This document shows, one piece after another, positions 7,891 through 19,300 of a stretch of 64,000 nt of DNA. The translations under genes were made by a program, and so were the position numbers. A model generated the notes under the pieces. That model worked only from the letters and a program-made list of their open reading frames with translations. It did no database searches and was not told the DNA's origin. Origin of the DNA: Bacteroidota bacterium. GTDB taxonomy: Bacteria > Bacteroidota > Bacteroidia > Bacteroidales > VadinHA17. The stretch spans positions 1,517-65,516 of the forward strand of contig JAYEGY010000043.1 in the NCBI GenBank assembly GCA_034659275.1, written 5' to 3'. Each line of letters begins with the position of its first letter. Within the stretch, counting starts at the first letter, position 1.

Positions 7891-10530
7891 ATGGACATAC
7901 CTTCCAAATATAAACCGGCAAGTACGGAGTCGAAGTGGTATAATTACTGGATGGAACAGGGCTTTTTCAACAGTAAACCTGATGAGCGCGAACCTTATGT
8001 CATTACTATACCGCCACCAAATGTGACGGGTGTTTTGCATATGGGGCATATGTTGAATAATACCCTGCAGGATGTACTTGTGAGGCGTCAGAGGATGATG
8101 GGAAAGAATGTATGCTGGGTGCCTGGCACCGATCATGCTTCAATAGCTACGGAGGCACGTGTTGTTGCTAAACTAAAGGAAGAAGGGATCAGTAAAAGTG
8201 GCCTTAAGCGGGAGGAATTCCTTCAACATGCATGGGACTGGACAGATAAGCATGGAGGAATAATTCTTGACCAGCTCAAGCGCCTCGGGGCTTCATGTGA
8301 TTGGGACCGTACATTATTCACCATGGATGACCTGAGGTACAGGTCGGTAATAAAGGTTTTTGTTGATCTCTACAACAAAGGACTTATTTACCGTGGCATA
8401 CGCATGGTTAACTGGGATCCTGAAGCAAAGACCGCTGTTTCGGATGAAGAAGTAATTTACAGCGAAGAAGATTCAAAACTCTATTATGTCAAATACAGGA
8501 TTTTGGGGTCGGATGATTTTATCACCATAGCCACAACAAGACCTGAGACAATACTGGGTGATACCGCTGTATGTGTTAATCCTGCCGATAAAAGGTATAA
8601 ACACCTGAAGGGAAATAAAGTGATAGTGCCTATGGTAAACCGTGAGGTACCGCTTATATTTGATGACTATGTCGATATGGAGTTTGGTACGGGCTGTCTG
8701 AAAATTACCCCTGCACATGATATCAATGATTATGAGATAGGCCAGAAACACGGGCTTAAGGCAATAGACATATTCAATGAGGATGGTACATTGAGCAGGG
8801 AGGCAGGTTTATTCATCGGGACGGACAGGTTTAAAGCCAGAGAGTTGTCAATTGACCTTCTTGAGAAGGAGGGAATGCTTGTGAAGGTGGAAAACTACAG
8901 GAATAAGGTGGGAAGGTCGGAACGTACAAATTCAGTAATCGAACCAAAACTGTCGATGCAGTGGTTCCTGGAAATGGGTAAAATATCAAAGCCTGCACTT
9001 GATGCAATAGTTAATTCCGATATTAATATCTACCCCCCAAAGTTCAAGAATGTGTACAGGCACTGGATGGAGAATGTTCGTGACTGGTGCATCAGCCGTC
9101 AGCTTTGGTGGGGACACCGTATTCCGGCCTGGTATTACAGCCCGACAGGTTTTGTTGTTGCTGAAAATAAAGAAGAGGCGCTTGCACTTGTCAGGGAGGC
9201 CACAGGCAACAACAGTTTATCCCCTGAAGATATAAGGCAGGATGAAGATGTACTGGATACCTGGTTTTCGTCATGGTTATGGCCCATCACCTGTTTTAAC
9301 GGTATACTTGACCCCCATAATGACGATATTAAATATTATTATCCTACAAATGCTCTTATCACGGCACCTGAAATTTTATTTTTCTGGGTTGCAAGGATGA
9401 TTATCGCGGGTTATGAATACCGACATGAAAAACCTTTTGATGATGTTTACCTGCATGGTATAGTAAGGGATAAGGACAGGAGGAAGATGTCTAAATCACT
9501 GGGTAACTCACCCGATCCTTTGCATCTTATTGACAGGTTCGGGTCAGATGGTGTACGTGTCGGGATGCTACTATGTTCACCAGCAGGCAATGACCTCCTT
9601 TACGATGATTCATTACCCGAGCAGGGCAGGAATTTTGCCAATAAGATATGGAATGCTTTCAGGCTCGTAAGAAGCTGGGAAACAGATAAAGATATTGCTG
9701 AACAACCGGCATGGTCATCTGAGGCAGCAGAATGGTTCAGTAACAGGCTTAATGCAGCAATACTTGAATACAACAGGTCCTTTGACAGTTACAGGATATC
9801 AAATGCTTTAATGCTGGTCTACCGCTTATTCTGGGATGATTTTGCCAGCTGGTATCTCGAAGCTGTTAAACCCGACTTTGGTAAGCCGGTGGATTTAACC
9901 ATCTTGAATAAGACCCTGGATTTTTTTGACAGTCTCATGAGGCTGATACACCCATTTATGCCATTTATAACAGAGGAGATATGGCAGATGATAAAAGAAA
10001 GGAAGGCAGGAAGCAGCATTATGGTTTCGAATATGCCTGATGCGGGCAAAGTAAGTTCACGGTCACTGAAAGATTTTGAGAATGCAAGGATGTTGGTCAG
10101 TACTGTTAGAAATATAAGGAAGGAGAATAATTTGCCGGCCCGGGAAAGCCTCCAGTTATTTGTCAACACAAAAAGCATTGATGAAGAGCAAAAATTTCAA
10201 AACATGGTTAAACGACTGGCAAACATCTCAGATATTAAACCAACAGATAGCAAACCCGGGTATTCTTTAAGTTTTATGATAGGTACATCAGAATATTACC
10301 TCCTTATCGGTGACAGGATCGATGTTGAAGCAGAATTAGCCAGGCTCGAAGCTGACTTAAAGTATAACAAGGGTTTTCTTGATTCAGTGATGAACAAGCT
10401 TAATAATACAAGGTTTGTCAATAATGCACCCGACAAAGTCGTTAAGCATGAGAAGAAAAAGAAGTCTGACGCAGAGCGTAAAATAAACTCACTTATTGGA
10501 CGGATTAACGAGTTAAAAGGCAGGAAGTAG
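7891..10530 (+). CDS. valS: valine--tRNA ligase
   Basis: PPPNVTGVLHMGH is the HIGH motif and KMSKSLGN is the KMSKS motif. There is a C-terminal coiled-coil. The ATG at 7891 (MDIPSKYKP...) gives the usual 879-aa length, and the track extension from 7717 is leader read-through. Confidence 0.95.
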   Translation: MDIPSKYKPASTESKWYNYWMEQGFFNSKPDEREPYVITIPPPNVTGVLHMGHMLNNTLQDVLVRRQRMMGKNVCWVPGTDHASIATEARVVAKLKEEGISKSGLKREEFLQHAWDWTDKHGGIILDQLKRLGASCDWDRTLFTMDDLRYRSVIKVFVDLYNKGLIYRGIRMVNWDPEAKTAVSDEEVIYSEEDSKLYYVKYRILGSDDFITIATTRPETILGDTAVCVNPADKRYKHLKGNKVIVPMVNREVPLIFDDYVDMEFGTGCLKITPAHDINDYEIGQKHGLKAIDIFNEDGTLSREAGLFIGTDRFKARELSIDLLEKEGMLVKVENYRNKVGRSERTNSVIEPKLSMQWFLEMGKISKPALDAIVNSDINIYPPKFKNVYRHWMENVRDWCISRQLWWGHRIPAWYYSPTGFVVAENKEEALALVREATGNNSLSPEDIRQDEDVLDTWFSSWLWPITCFNGILDPHNDDIKYYYPTNALITAPEILFFWVARMIIAGYEYRHEKPFDDVYLHGIVRDKDRRKMSKSLGNSPDPLHLIDRFGSDGVRVGMLLCSPAGNDLLYDDSLPEQGRNFANKIWNAFRLVRSWETDKDIAEQPAWSSEAAEWFSNRLNAAILEYNRSFDSYRISNALMLVYRLFWDDFASWYLEAVKPDFGKPVDLTILNKTLDFFDSLMRLIHPFMPFITEEIWQMIKERKAGSSIMVSNMPDAGKVSSRSLKDFENARMLVSTVRNIRKENNLPARESLQLFVNTKSIDEEQKFQNMVKRLANISDIKPTDSKPGYSLSFMIGTSEYYLLIGDRIDVEAELARLEADLKYNKGFLDSVMNKLNNTRFVNNAPDKVVKHEKKKKSDAERKINSLIGRINELKGRK

Positions 10531-10535
10531 AAACC

Positions 10536-11840
10536 TCAGGGCATGAGTTCACGAACGAAGTAGTTCTCTTCCAGTTTTACCAGTTCCCAGTTATTATTAA
10601 GTACAATATGCCATCCTTCACCCGAAATATGCTGTTTTTCCTGTTCAACATTTTTAGCAGGTACCCGGAGAAATTTAAGGTTGGGTGATACCAGGCACCC
10701 GCCTTCTTCAACAGCCAGCTTACCCCAGTTATCGGATACTCTTATTGTCTGGTAAATTGTACCGAGAGTGTCAACAGGGTCAGTATCTTCAGCTTCGAAT
10801 AAGAAATTAGGGCTCTCCAACTCAAGCAGCACAACGGGTTTTTCAGTAAACTGGGCTGTCCTGCGCCGCAGCCCTTCCCTTAAATGTTCATCACGTTCCC
10901 TTTCTTCTTCCTTGACCAGGTCGATGTCGTAACTGAAAGCAAGACTCCCGGCAATATCTCGGCTCACTTCGGGCAGTGATATGTCATATTTATCCTTTAG
11001 GCTTGCACCAAGATCGAAATCCCTGCTGTCTATAGAACTGAAATCAAAACCCGTCTCGTTAAGGAGATGAGCATAGAGGTTACCATGGACGAAACCATAT
11101 GAAAAGGTATATGAACGGAAATTATATATCCTGTGATAATATTCCATTAGTTTTTTCAGGTATTCATCCCTGGAGTCGGTGCATAACATCATATAAGTAA
11201 ATGAGGCAAGACCCTCATAGTTCTCGAACTTATTTTCTTCCTTTACATATTTAGGATACAATTCCCTGCGGGCGGATCTGAAAACCAGCGCATCCCTGAT
11301 AGCCTGCTTTCGTGTTTCACCGTTCGTTCTGATGGCTCTTTCCAGTGCCTTCCATTCCATTTTTAACCATAAGCGGGCTGTGCGATCACTCATATGGCTT
11401 GTGTGGTAATCAGGAGTGTCAATGTTTTTTCTTGTCTGAAAACAATGGAACAAACCATGCAGGCACCTTGATGTGATCCTGTAATAATCTTCTTCCCGGG
11501 GCAGGGGAGCCATTGCATATAATGTTCCGCCGATCTCCTGTGCATAATTGATCACTTCTTCCTTGGGATAAGTGCCAGTAAAGATGTTTTCCCTGGCTTT
11601 GAGAAGCCCTTCTTTATCCTGCACATTTGCATATAATTTCCTTTTCCTGGTATCAATGAAGACTATGGGACCATAAAGATTTTCACCCCATAGCTTACCA
11701 TCATCTTCATTGCATAATTTCTCTACTTCCGAAAAATAATAGCTTGCCTTATCCACAGTAAAATATTCAATGCCTTCATCTTCAGTGCATTGGTTTAAGG
11801 ATAAAGGGACAATAAAAAATAACAATATCCACCTTTTCAT
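10536..11840 (-). CDS. hypothetical secreted protein or lipoprotein
   Basis: MKRWILLFFIVPLSLNQC is a signal. I recognise no family. Confidence 0.5.
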   Translation of the reverse strand: MKRWILLFFIVPLSLNQCTEDEGIEYFTVDKASYYFSEVEKLCNEDDGKLWGENLYGPIVFIDTRKRKLYANVQDKEGLLKARENIFTGTYPKEEVINYAQEIGGTLYAMAPLPREEDYYRITSRCLHGLFHCFQTRKNIDTPDYHTSHMSDRTARLWLKMEWKALERAIRTNGETRKQAIRDALVFRSARRELYPKYVKEENKFENYEGLASFTYMMLCTDSRDEYLKKLMEYYHRIYNFRSYTFSYGFVHGNLYAHLLNETGFDFSSIDSRDFDLGASLKDKYDISLPEVSRDIAGSLAFSYDIDLVKEEERERDEHLREGLRRRTAQFTEKPVVLLELESPNFLFEAEDTDPVDTLGTIYQTIRVSDNWGKLAVEEGGCLVSPNLKFLRVPAKNVEQEKQHISGEGWHIVLNNNWELVKLEENYFVRELMP

Positions 11841-12014
11841 GCTTGCTCGACTTTTAGTCTTCAAAAATAATAAAAATCTTAAACGTGGCTAATTACATTA
11901 TATAATATTACATAATAAATGAATTTATGGTTCAGGATGATATATGGTATTTGTTACGATAGTCTAAATTTTTATATTTGGAACCCCGTTAATATCCGGA
12001 TAAATAAATAAATC

Positions 12015-13520
12015 ATGATTGACAATGAAATTTTAATGAACCCTAATGAACTGGTACAGTACCTGAAAAAACCTGCCGGTCACTTTACCAGGGCCGATAT
12101 AATAAAGTTTATTGAAGCCAGGGGGATAGAAATGATTAACTTCCGTTATGTTGCTGAAGACGGAAAGCTCAAGACACTGAATTTTGTAATATCGAATCGT
12201 CAGCATTTAGAAAACTTGTTATCGGAAGGAGAGAGGGTTGATGGTTCCAGCCTTTTTTCCTTTGTTGGCGCCGGCTCGAGTGATCTTTATGTTATACCAA
12301 GGTATCGGACTGCCTTTGTAAATCCTTTTACAGAAAAGCCAGCCCTGGATATACTCTGTTCATTTTATGATTTTGAAGGTAAGCCGCTTGAGAGTGCTCC
12401 TGAAAACATATTAAAGAAGGCATACGAACGGTTCAGGTCACAATCAGGGATGGAAATAAAAGCTCTTGGGGAGCTTGAATATTATGTTAAATCAATTGAA
12501 GACGATCTTTATCCCATGGTTGACCAGAAAGGATATCACCAGACTATGCCTTTTGCAAAATTTGAGGATTTACGCCGGGAAGCCCTTGATTTATGTGCAA
12601 AGGCTGGTTGCAGGATCAAATATGGTCACTCTGAAGTTGGAAGTTTTACTTCCGAGGGAGAGAATTATGAGCAACATGAAATAGAATTCTTACCAACAGA
12701 TGTTGAGTTTGCGGTTGAGCAGATGCTTATATGCAAATGGATACTCCGGATGTTGGCTTACGAGCATGGTGTTGAGATCAGCTTTGCTCCAAAGATAACT
12801 GTGGGTAAAGCCGGAAGCGGCTTGCATGTTCATATGTTGCTGGAGAAAGACGGAAAGAATATTATGCTGGAGGACAATGAGATAAGTTCTACTGCTAAAA
12901 GAATGATAGCAGGCATACTTCATCTCTCAGGTTCACTTACAGCTTTCGGCAATACCATACCTACCTCGTACCTGAGGCTTGTACCCCACCAGGAAGCCCC
13001 TACGAATATATGCTGGGGTGATCGCAACCGTTCTGTCCTGGTACGTGTACCCCTGGGTTGGTCAGGAACGGGTAATATGGTAAAACATGCAAACCCACAT
13101 GATGATAGTGACCATGTATCCTCCGGCATTCGGCAAACTGTTGAATTCAGGGCACCGGACGGCTCCGCAGATCTTTACCTCCTTATGGCCGGCCTGGTAA
13201 TAGCAATTCAACACGGGCTCGAAATGAAGAATGGCCTGGATTATGCAAACAGTTTATATATTTCGGGCAACCTGTTTACAGAAGAAAATAAAGAATTCCG
13301 CGAGAAACTGGAATCATTACCTGCATCATGCTGGGAATCAGCTGAAAACCTTGAGCTCCAGCGATCATTCTATGAGAAAGATAATGTGTTCCCCCCGGGC
13401 CTTATCGACAGTATAGTGAAAAGGCTAAAATCCTATGATGACAAAGACCTGAGTGAAAGGCTGTATGGTAAAAAAGATGAACTGGCCAAACTGGTAAATG
13501 AATTCCTGCACTGCAGTTAA
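12015..13520 (+). CDS. glnA: glutamine synthetase (about 500-aa GS family)
   Basis: HEIEF, KAGSGLHVHMLL, RLVPHQEAPTNICWGDRNRSVLVRVP and VEFRAPDGSADLYL are GS catalytic-domain motifs. Confidence 0.8.
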   Translation: MIDNEILMNPNELVQYLKKPAGHFTRADIIKFIEARGIEMINFRYVAEDGKLKTLNFVISNRQHLENLLSEGERVDGSSLFSFVGAGSSDLYVIPRYRTAFVNPFTEKPALDILCSFYDFEGKPLESAPENILKKAYERFRSQSGMEIKALGELEYYVKSIEDDLYPMVDQKGYHQTMPFAKFEDLRREALDLCAKAGCRIKYGHSEVGSFTSEGENYEQHEIEFLPTDVEFAVEQMLICKWILRMLAYEHGVEISFAPKITVGKAGSGLHVHMLLEKDGKNIMLEDNEISSTAKRMIAGILHLSGSLTAFGNTIPTSYLRLVPHQEAPTNICWGDRNRSVLVRVPLGWSGTGNMVKHANPHDDSDHVSSGIRQTVEFRAPDGSADLYLLMAGLVIAIQHGLEMKNGLDYANSLYISGNLFTEENKEFREKLESLPASCWESAENLELQRSFYEKDNVFPPGLIDSIVKRLKSYDDKDLSERLYGKKDELAKLVNEFLHCS

Positions 13521-14440
13521 GCATCGCTATTGACGGTATTGATATTGGCCGTCTTGATGCTGGCGTTAAGTTCGAAACCAATAAGCAGGGAGATTGAATT
13601 AAGGTAAAGCCAGAGTAAAATCACCAGTATGGTACCCATGGAACCGTACAACTTGTTATACTGGTCAAAATTATTTACATAAGCAGAGAATCCCAGGGAT
13701 GTTGCTATAAAGAGGAGGGTGGCCAGGGATGAGCCTGCTGATATAAATCTGAATTTCGCTTTTCTTGATGGTGCCAGGTAATAAAGAAAAGATATTGCAA
13801 AGAAAAGGAAGCTTATTATTACTATCCATTTTATGATCTGTAAAACATAATACACAATCCCGCTTTCAATAATATTATCCTCTACCAGCTTCAAACCTGT
13901 TGACCTTCCAAAAATGAGGATTATAGCTGCTACAGTTATCAAAAGACCAATAATAAAGAAAAGAAAAAAAGCTATTTTCCTCTGTGCAATCCAGTTTCTT
14001 GTTTCAAATTTATGATCAGATACCACAAATGCATTTATCAGGGCGTGAATGCCATTGGTTGCCATGATGGCGGAAGCAAAAAACATTATTATAAGAAAGA
14101 CATTGCTCCTGTTAGTGACCGCATCCCTGATGCTTTGCTCAAGAAAGGGGTAAGCTCTTTCGGGAAGTATGCTTTCAATTAGCGATATTACCTCTTCCTG
14201 GAAGCCGGAGATAGGTATATAAGGGATAAGTGTGAAAAGAAGAACGGTGGCGGGAACCAGGCTCAGCAATAAATTAAATGCTATGGCTGAAGCCCTTGTA
14301 ACCAGCGCTCCTTTCCTGAATCCCCTGAGGAAAAAGACTATAACATCATAGATTGGTATCCTGTCGAAGCCCGGTAATACCAGTTTTTTGAGCCGTTCAA
14401 GGATATATTCACCTATTTTATCTTTATTGAATAATCTCAT
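13517..14440 (-). CDS. YihY/BrkB family inner-membrane protein
   Basis: 307 aa with 6 predicted TM and the family-like N-terminus FLRGFRKGALVTRASAIAFNLLLSLVP. Confidence 0.75.
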   Translation of the reverse strand: MRLFNKDKIGEYILERLKKLVLPGFDRIPIYDVIVFFLRGFRKGALVTRASAIAFNLLLSLVPATVLLFTLIPYIPISGFQEEVISLIESILPERAYPFLEQSIRDAVTNRSNVFLIIMFFASAIMATNGIHALINAFVVSDHKFETRNWIAQRKIAFFLFFIIGLLITVAAIILIFGRSTGLKLVEDNIIESGIVYYVLQIIKWIVIISFLFFAISFLYYLAPSRKAKFRFISAGSSLATLLFIATSLGFSAYVNNFDQYNKLYGSMGTILVILLWLYLNSISLLIGFELNASIKTANINTVNSDA

Positions 14441-15288
14441 ATGGCCTTAAGGCTGACATCCATACTTTTTACATGGTGGGTAAGGGCGCCTACTGATATA
14501 TAATCAACCCCGCATTGTGCATATGACCTTACTGTATCCAGGGTGATACCTCCTGATGATTCAATCTCGTATCTTCCATTGATAAGTTCCACTGCTTTTT
14601 CTGTTTCAGTAATGCTGAAATTGTCAAGCATGATCCTGTCAATCATACCATTTTTCAGTATCTGTTTTAGCTCATCGATGTTCCTGGCCTCAATGACAAT
14701 CGGCAAAGCCTTTTTTACCTTCTCACGGTAATCATTGGCTTTGATAATTGCATTCTTGATGCCACCGGCATAATCAATATGGTTGTCCTTGAGCATTATC
14801 ATATCATACAGTCCCATCCTGTGATTAACACCCCCACCTATTCTTACCGCTTCTTTTTCAAATGCCCTGAAGCCAGGAGTTGTTTTCCTTGTATCGAGTA
14901 TCCTGGCCTTATAAGGTTTTACAGCCTCAACATACATCCTTGTGTTGGTGGCTATACCACTCATTCGCTGTATAATATTCAGAACCAGCCTCTCCGATTT
15001 CAATAAAGCCTGTGTGGGTCCTTCTGCAACAAAACCTGTATCGCCGGGTTTAACACTGCTGCCATCGCTCAGGCATTCACTTAATTTTATCCTTTTATCA
15101 AGCCTGCTGAAAACATAAGAGGCTATGTCGAGCCCTGCTATAACACCTGCTTCTTTGATAAGTAGCCTGGCTTTCCCCCGGGCTTTACCAGGTATGCATG
15201 CCAGTGAGCTGTGATCTCCATCTCCTATGTCCTCTGTCAGTGCAAAGTCAATAAGATTACAGATTGCCTCCTGTATCATCCTTTTCAA
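14437..15288 (-). CDS. nadC: nicotinate-nucleotide diphosphorylase (carboxylating)
   Basis: 283 aa with LDTRKTTPGFR, GGGVNHRMGLYD, MLDNF and ESSGGIT motifs. Confidence 0.9.
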   Translation of the reverse strand: MKRMIQEAICNLIDFALTEDIGDGDHSSLACIPGKARGKARLLIKEAGVIAGLDIASYVFSRLDKRIKLSECLSDGSSVKPGDTGFVAEGPTQALLKSERLVLNIIQRMSGIATNTRMYVEAVKPYKARILDTRKTTPGFRAFEKEAVRIGGGVNHRMGLYDMIMLKDNHIDYAGGIKNAIIKANDYREKVKKALPIVIEARNIDELKQILKNGMIDRIMLDNFSITETEKAVELINGRYEIESSGGITLDTVRSYAQCGVDYISVGALTHHVKSMDVSLKAI

Positions 15289-15676
15289 TTCTAAGCTGAT
15301 GTATAAGTGGTTTTGAATCTACCTTTTTTAAAAGAAAATAAACCCTGAAATTACCGTTACGTGTACGTAAATTGCCAATGGCATAAGCTGACTCTGACCT
15401 GCCACCTTTATGTTTAATGACGAAATCAATCGTAGGATGATCACTGAAGAATTCCTTAAGTATTCCTTTGGCAATATTCCTGGTGTAAAAATCTTCTTTT
15501 TCAAGCAAGACAAGTTCAACTGTAGAATTTAAATAGCCTGACAGAACATCAACATTACCGGCTTTAAAGGCAAGCGTGACCTCATCAGGGATATCTGCTG
15601 ACTGTCCTGAAATATGATTTAATCCCGACAATGCAAAAATAAGTACTATTGAAGCTATTATTCTCATGAAGCTCAT
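15257..15676 (-). CDS. small secreted protein (DUF4783-like by my recollection)
   Basis: It has a signal peptide MSFMRIIASIVLIFALSG and sits upstream of nadC, overlapping it by 32 nt. The family assignment is from memory only. Confidence 0.45.
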   Translation of the reverse strand: MSFMRIIASIVLIFALSGLNHISGQSADIPDEVTLAFKAGNVDVLSGYLNSTVELVLLEKEDFYTRNIAKGILKEFFSDHPTIDFVIKHKGGRSESAYAIGNLRTRNGNFRVYFLLKKVDSKPLIHQLRIEKDDTGGNL

Positions 15677-15831
15677 TTTTAATGTATGGTGTAAGAGCAA
15701 AAATAATCGAAATAAATTAAATCATGAAATAGAACTGTTTATAAAGGCATAATCCGAAAATTCAGATTGTTTGTTTAAATTCGTAAGTTTACCAGTGTAA
15801 CATTATCAGGCAGTTATTAAACAGGTCTTTT

Positions 15832-16305
15832 ATGAAACTATCACTTGTACAGGTAGGAAAGACTGATGAGAAATTTCTCAGGGAAGGTTTATCAGTGTAT
15901 TATTCAAGGATAAAGAAAATGATACCTCTCGAGGTAATAACTGTGCCGGAACCGAAGAAGGCACGGAGTAAACCGGAATCAGTTCTTAAGAAAGAAGAGG
16001 CAGATACCATATCTGAAATGTTTAAACAGGGCGACATAATAATAATCCTCGATGAAAAGGGGGAGCAGATGAATTCAAGGGATTTTGCATCTCTTATACA
16101 AAAAACCATGAATTCAGGTCCAAAACGGATAGTATTTATCATTGGAGGGGCATGGGGTGTGAGTTGTGAACTTAAAGACAGGGCAAACAGGATAATATCA
16201 CTTTCGAGTATGACATTCTCACATCAATTGGTACGGTTATTGTTCGCTGAACAGCTATACAGGGCGTTAACAATAATCAGGGGTATCCCATATCATCATG
16301 ACTGA
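15832..16305 (+). CDS. rlmH: 23S rRNA (pseudouridine1915-N3)-methyltransferase
   Basis: 157 aa of the SPOUT family, with the motifs IILDEKGEQMNSRDFA, FIIGGAWG and LSLSSMTFSHQL. Confidence 0.9.
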   Translation: MKLSLVQVGKTDEKFLREGLSVYYSRIKKMIPLEVITVPEPKKARSKPESVLKKEEADTISEMFKQGDIIIILDEKGEQMNSRDFASLIQKTMNSGPKRIVFIIGGAWGVSCELKDRANRIISLSSMTFSHQLVRLLFAEQLYRALTIIRGIPYHHD

Positions 16306-16322
16306 AAAATGAAAACTTGCAA

Positions 16323-19300
16323 ATGAATTTTTCACTGACAAACCGCAGGTTATTCCTAATACTGGCCACAGTATTTGCCCTTGCACTGGTATTTGATATC
16401 ATATCGGAAAGCAATATTAAATACCGCCTTGAAGCAAATGCATTGGAAAATAAACTGCATCGTGCAGAGAAGGAAGGCATGAAATACCTGCAAAGGTTAT
16501 CAGATGGAGATTCCCTTTTTAAAGAACCTGAGTATATTCATGATCTTCATTCAAACCGTATATACAGTCTTTTTAAATATACGGGGGGCCAGCTTACAGC
16601 ATGGACAAATAACAGTATCCTTTTGCCATCGGTTTACGATGATGATCTTTTTAGTGACAAGATTATCAAGCTTGATAATCGCCGGGCGATTGTAAAAAAA
16701 CTGGAAAAAGAAGATGATATCTATTTATGCCTGATAAATATCTACAGGGAATATAGTATTGAAAATAAATATCTTAAATCCGGATTTAATCCTGAGCTCG
16801 GTTTAAAAGCAGCTAAGGGCTTGAGTATTAATATGGAATCGGGTTTCCCCATTTACAGCAGTGAAGGGCAGTATCTTTTTTCACTTGTCTTTGATAAAAC
16901 AACTACTTTCATTTCGGGGATTACGATAATTCCTTTGATTTTATGGTTGTTGTTTTCTTTTATTTTCCTGCTTGCGTCAGACCGAATTGCGAAGTGGTTG
17001 GTATTTAAGGGCTTTTCTTATCTGGGTTTCATAGCATCATTGCAGCTTATCATTATTTTTTACTTCATTTTCCTCCTGCTGGATAAGCCCGGCATATTTA
17101 CGGGAATGGAAATTTTCTCTTCTTTCAGGTTTAATCTCGGTCCCCTCGTCCCATCAGCAGGACATTTATTATTACTGAGTGTGCTGTTCCTGTTTGCCTG
17201 TCTTGAGTTTTACAAGTATTTCCCCGATCCCTCATGTGACGGGCAGAGACCATGGATGGATTTTTTAAAGTTAACGGTCTTTTTTTCAATATCTGCATTC
17301 ATTTTCTTTTTATTCAACAGACTGCTGCATGCACTCATACTTGATTCCAATATCCACTTCAGGATTTACGAAATCCTTGATGTAGACATATTTACTGTGA
17401 TTAGCATAGCTGCAGCCGGTTTAATACTGGTTGGCTTGAGTATTTACCTCCTGCGGTTCGTGAGATTTTGTAAAAAACTGCCATTAAAAACTAACTTACC
17501 GGCACTGATCGTCTCATTGATAATATTATACCTGCTAAATATCTTAGCCGGGGAATACTCTATAGTACATATCCTTGTATTTCTTTTATTGCTTATCCAG
17601 GCATGGTTCTTCGGAAGAGAAAAATCAAGGATGATAAACATATCAGTAAGTTTTGCCATAATAACAGCTGCTTATGCAGCATATCTTATACCCGGCCTGG
17701 CCTGGCAAAAAGAAACGGAAAAATTAAAAGTAATATCAGTAAATTTCAGTAACCAGAATGATATATACGGTGAAGCACTGCTGCTTGATTTATGGCCGGA
17801 ACTGGAAAAGGACAGCCTGCTCCAGGAAATGATGAATAAAGATTTCTTAAGCCCTGATGATGTTAACGCCGTATATTCTTACCTGGACAGTGCTTATTTC
17901 ACCGGCTACTGGGATAATTATGACAGAATGTACACCATATGTAAGGAGGATTCACCACTGTATTTTGAATCTGACACAGACAGGGTTGAAAATTGTTTTG
18001 ATTTTTTTCAGATAAGAGCCAGGGAAATGGGAATCCCTGTGAGTGACAGTAATCTGGTTTTCCTTGATAATAATTCGGGCAGACCATATTACCTGGGATG
18101 CCTTTATTTCACCGGTGAAAAAAGAAGAAAGACAGGTTTATTCATTGAACTTATACATCTTTTAAAATATACCCAGTCAGGATATCCCGAACTCCTGATA
18201 GATAAAGAATATGATAAGAGAATTAATACCGGGGATTATTCAATTGCTAAATACATCAATGGCTCCCTGGTATTACAGACCGGTGATTATCCTTTCAGGA
18301 ACAATTTAGAATACCTGGTAAATGATTCCACCGGATATCATACTGTTTCGCTTGATGCTGACAAAGAATATTTCATATATTCCACTGATAAGATAACAGT
18401 GGTTGTGTTCAGGCCCCGCCTTACTTTTATTGATATTATCATAACATTCACCTACCTCTTTGTTGCATTTTTTATTCTACATTTATTGATGCTGGTGATT
18501 ATAAGACCCCCGGAAAACATTTTCCCGGGGACTTTGAATTTTACCCACAAATTACAGGTGGCATTTATTGGCATTCTCCTGGGATCAATCGTTGCGATAG
18601 GAACTGTAGTTGTAATCCTCAGTATTAATCAGTACCGCAGTAAGCACTATGAAAATATCGAGGAAAAATTAGGATCGGTATATATTGAACTCGATCATAA
18701 GTTATCGGAAGTTGATACTCTTACTCAAACATGGAGCGCAGACAGTTATCCTAACCTGGATGCATTGCTGATTAAGTTTTCCAACGTATTCAGTTTTGAT
18801 ATTAACCTTTATGATACCAATGGTGAACTAATTGCAACCTCAAGGAGGGAAGTGTTCAACAATAAGCTGAAGAGCAAAAGGATGAATTACGAAGCCTATA
18901 CCAGGTTAAAACATGAGGGACAGGCACAGTATATTCAGAATGAAAGGATAGGCAAGCTTGAATATTTGTCAGCTTACACTCCTTATGTGAACAACCGGAA
19001 CGAAGTACTGGTCTATCTTAATCTTCCTTATTTCAATATGCAAAGCAGAATAAATGAAGAGACTTCAAACCTGATAGTGGCCATGATAAACTTCACAATG
19101 ATACTAATTGTTATATCATTGAGTATAGCGGTTTTTATCTCTGTAAGAATAACAAATCCTTTAAGAATGTTACAGCAGGGCCTGGCTTCAGTAAGGCTTG
19201 GAGAAAAAAGTAAACCACTTGAATACAGGGGGCATGATGAAATATCGGAACTTGTTCAGCAATACAATAAAATGCTTGATGAATTGCAGGCCAGTGCAAT

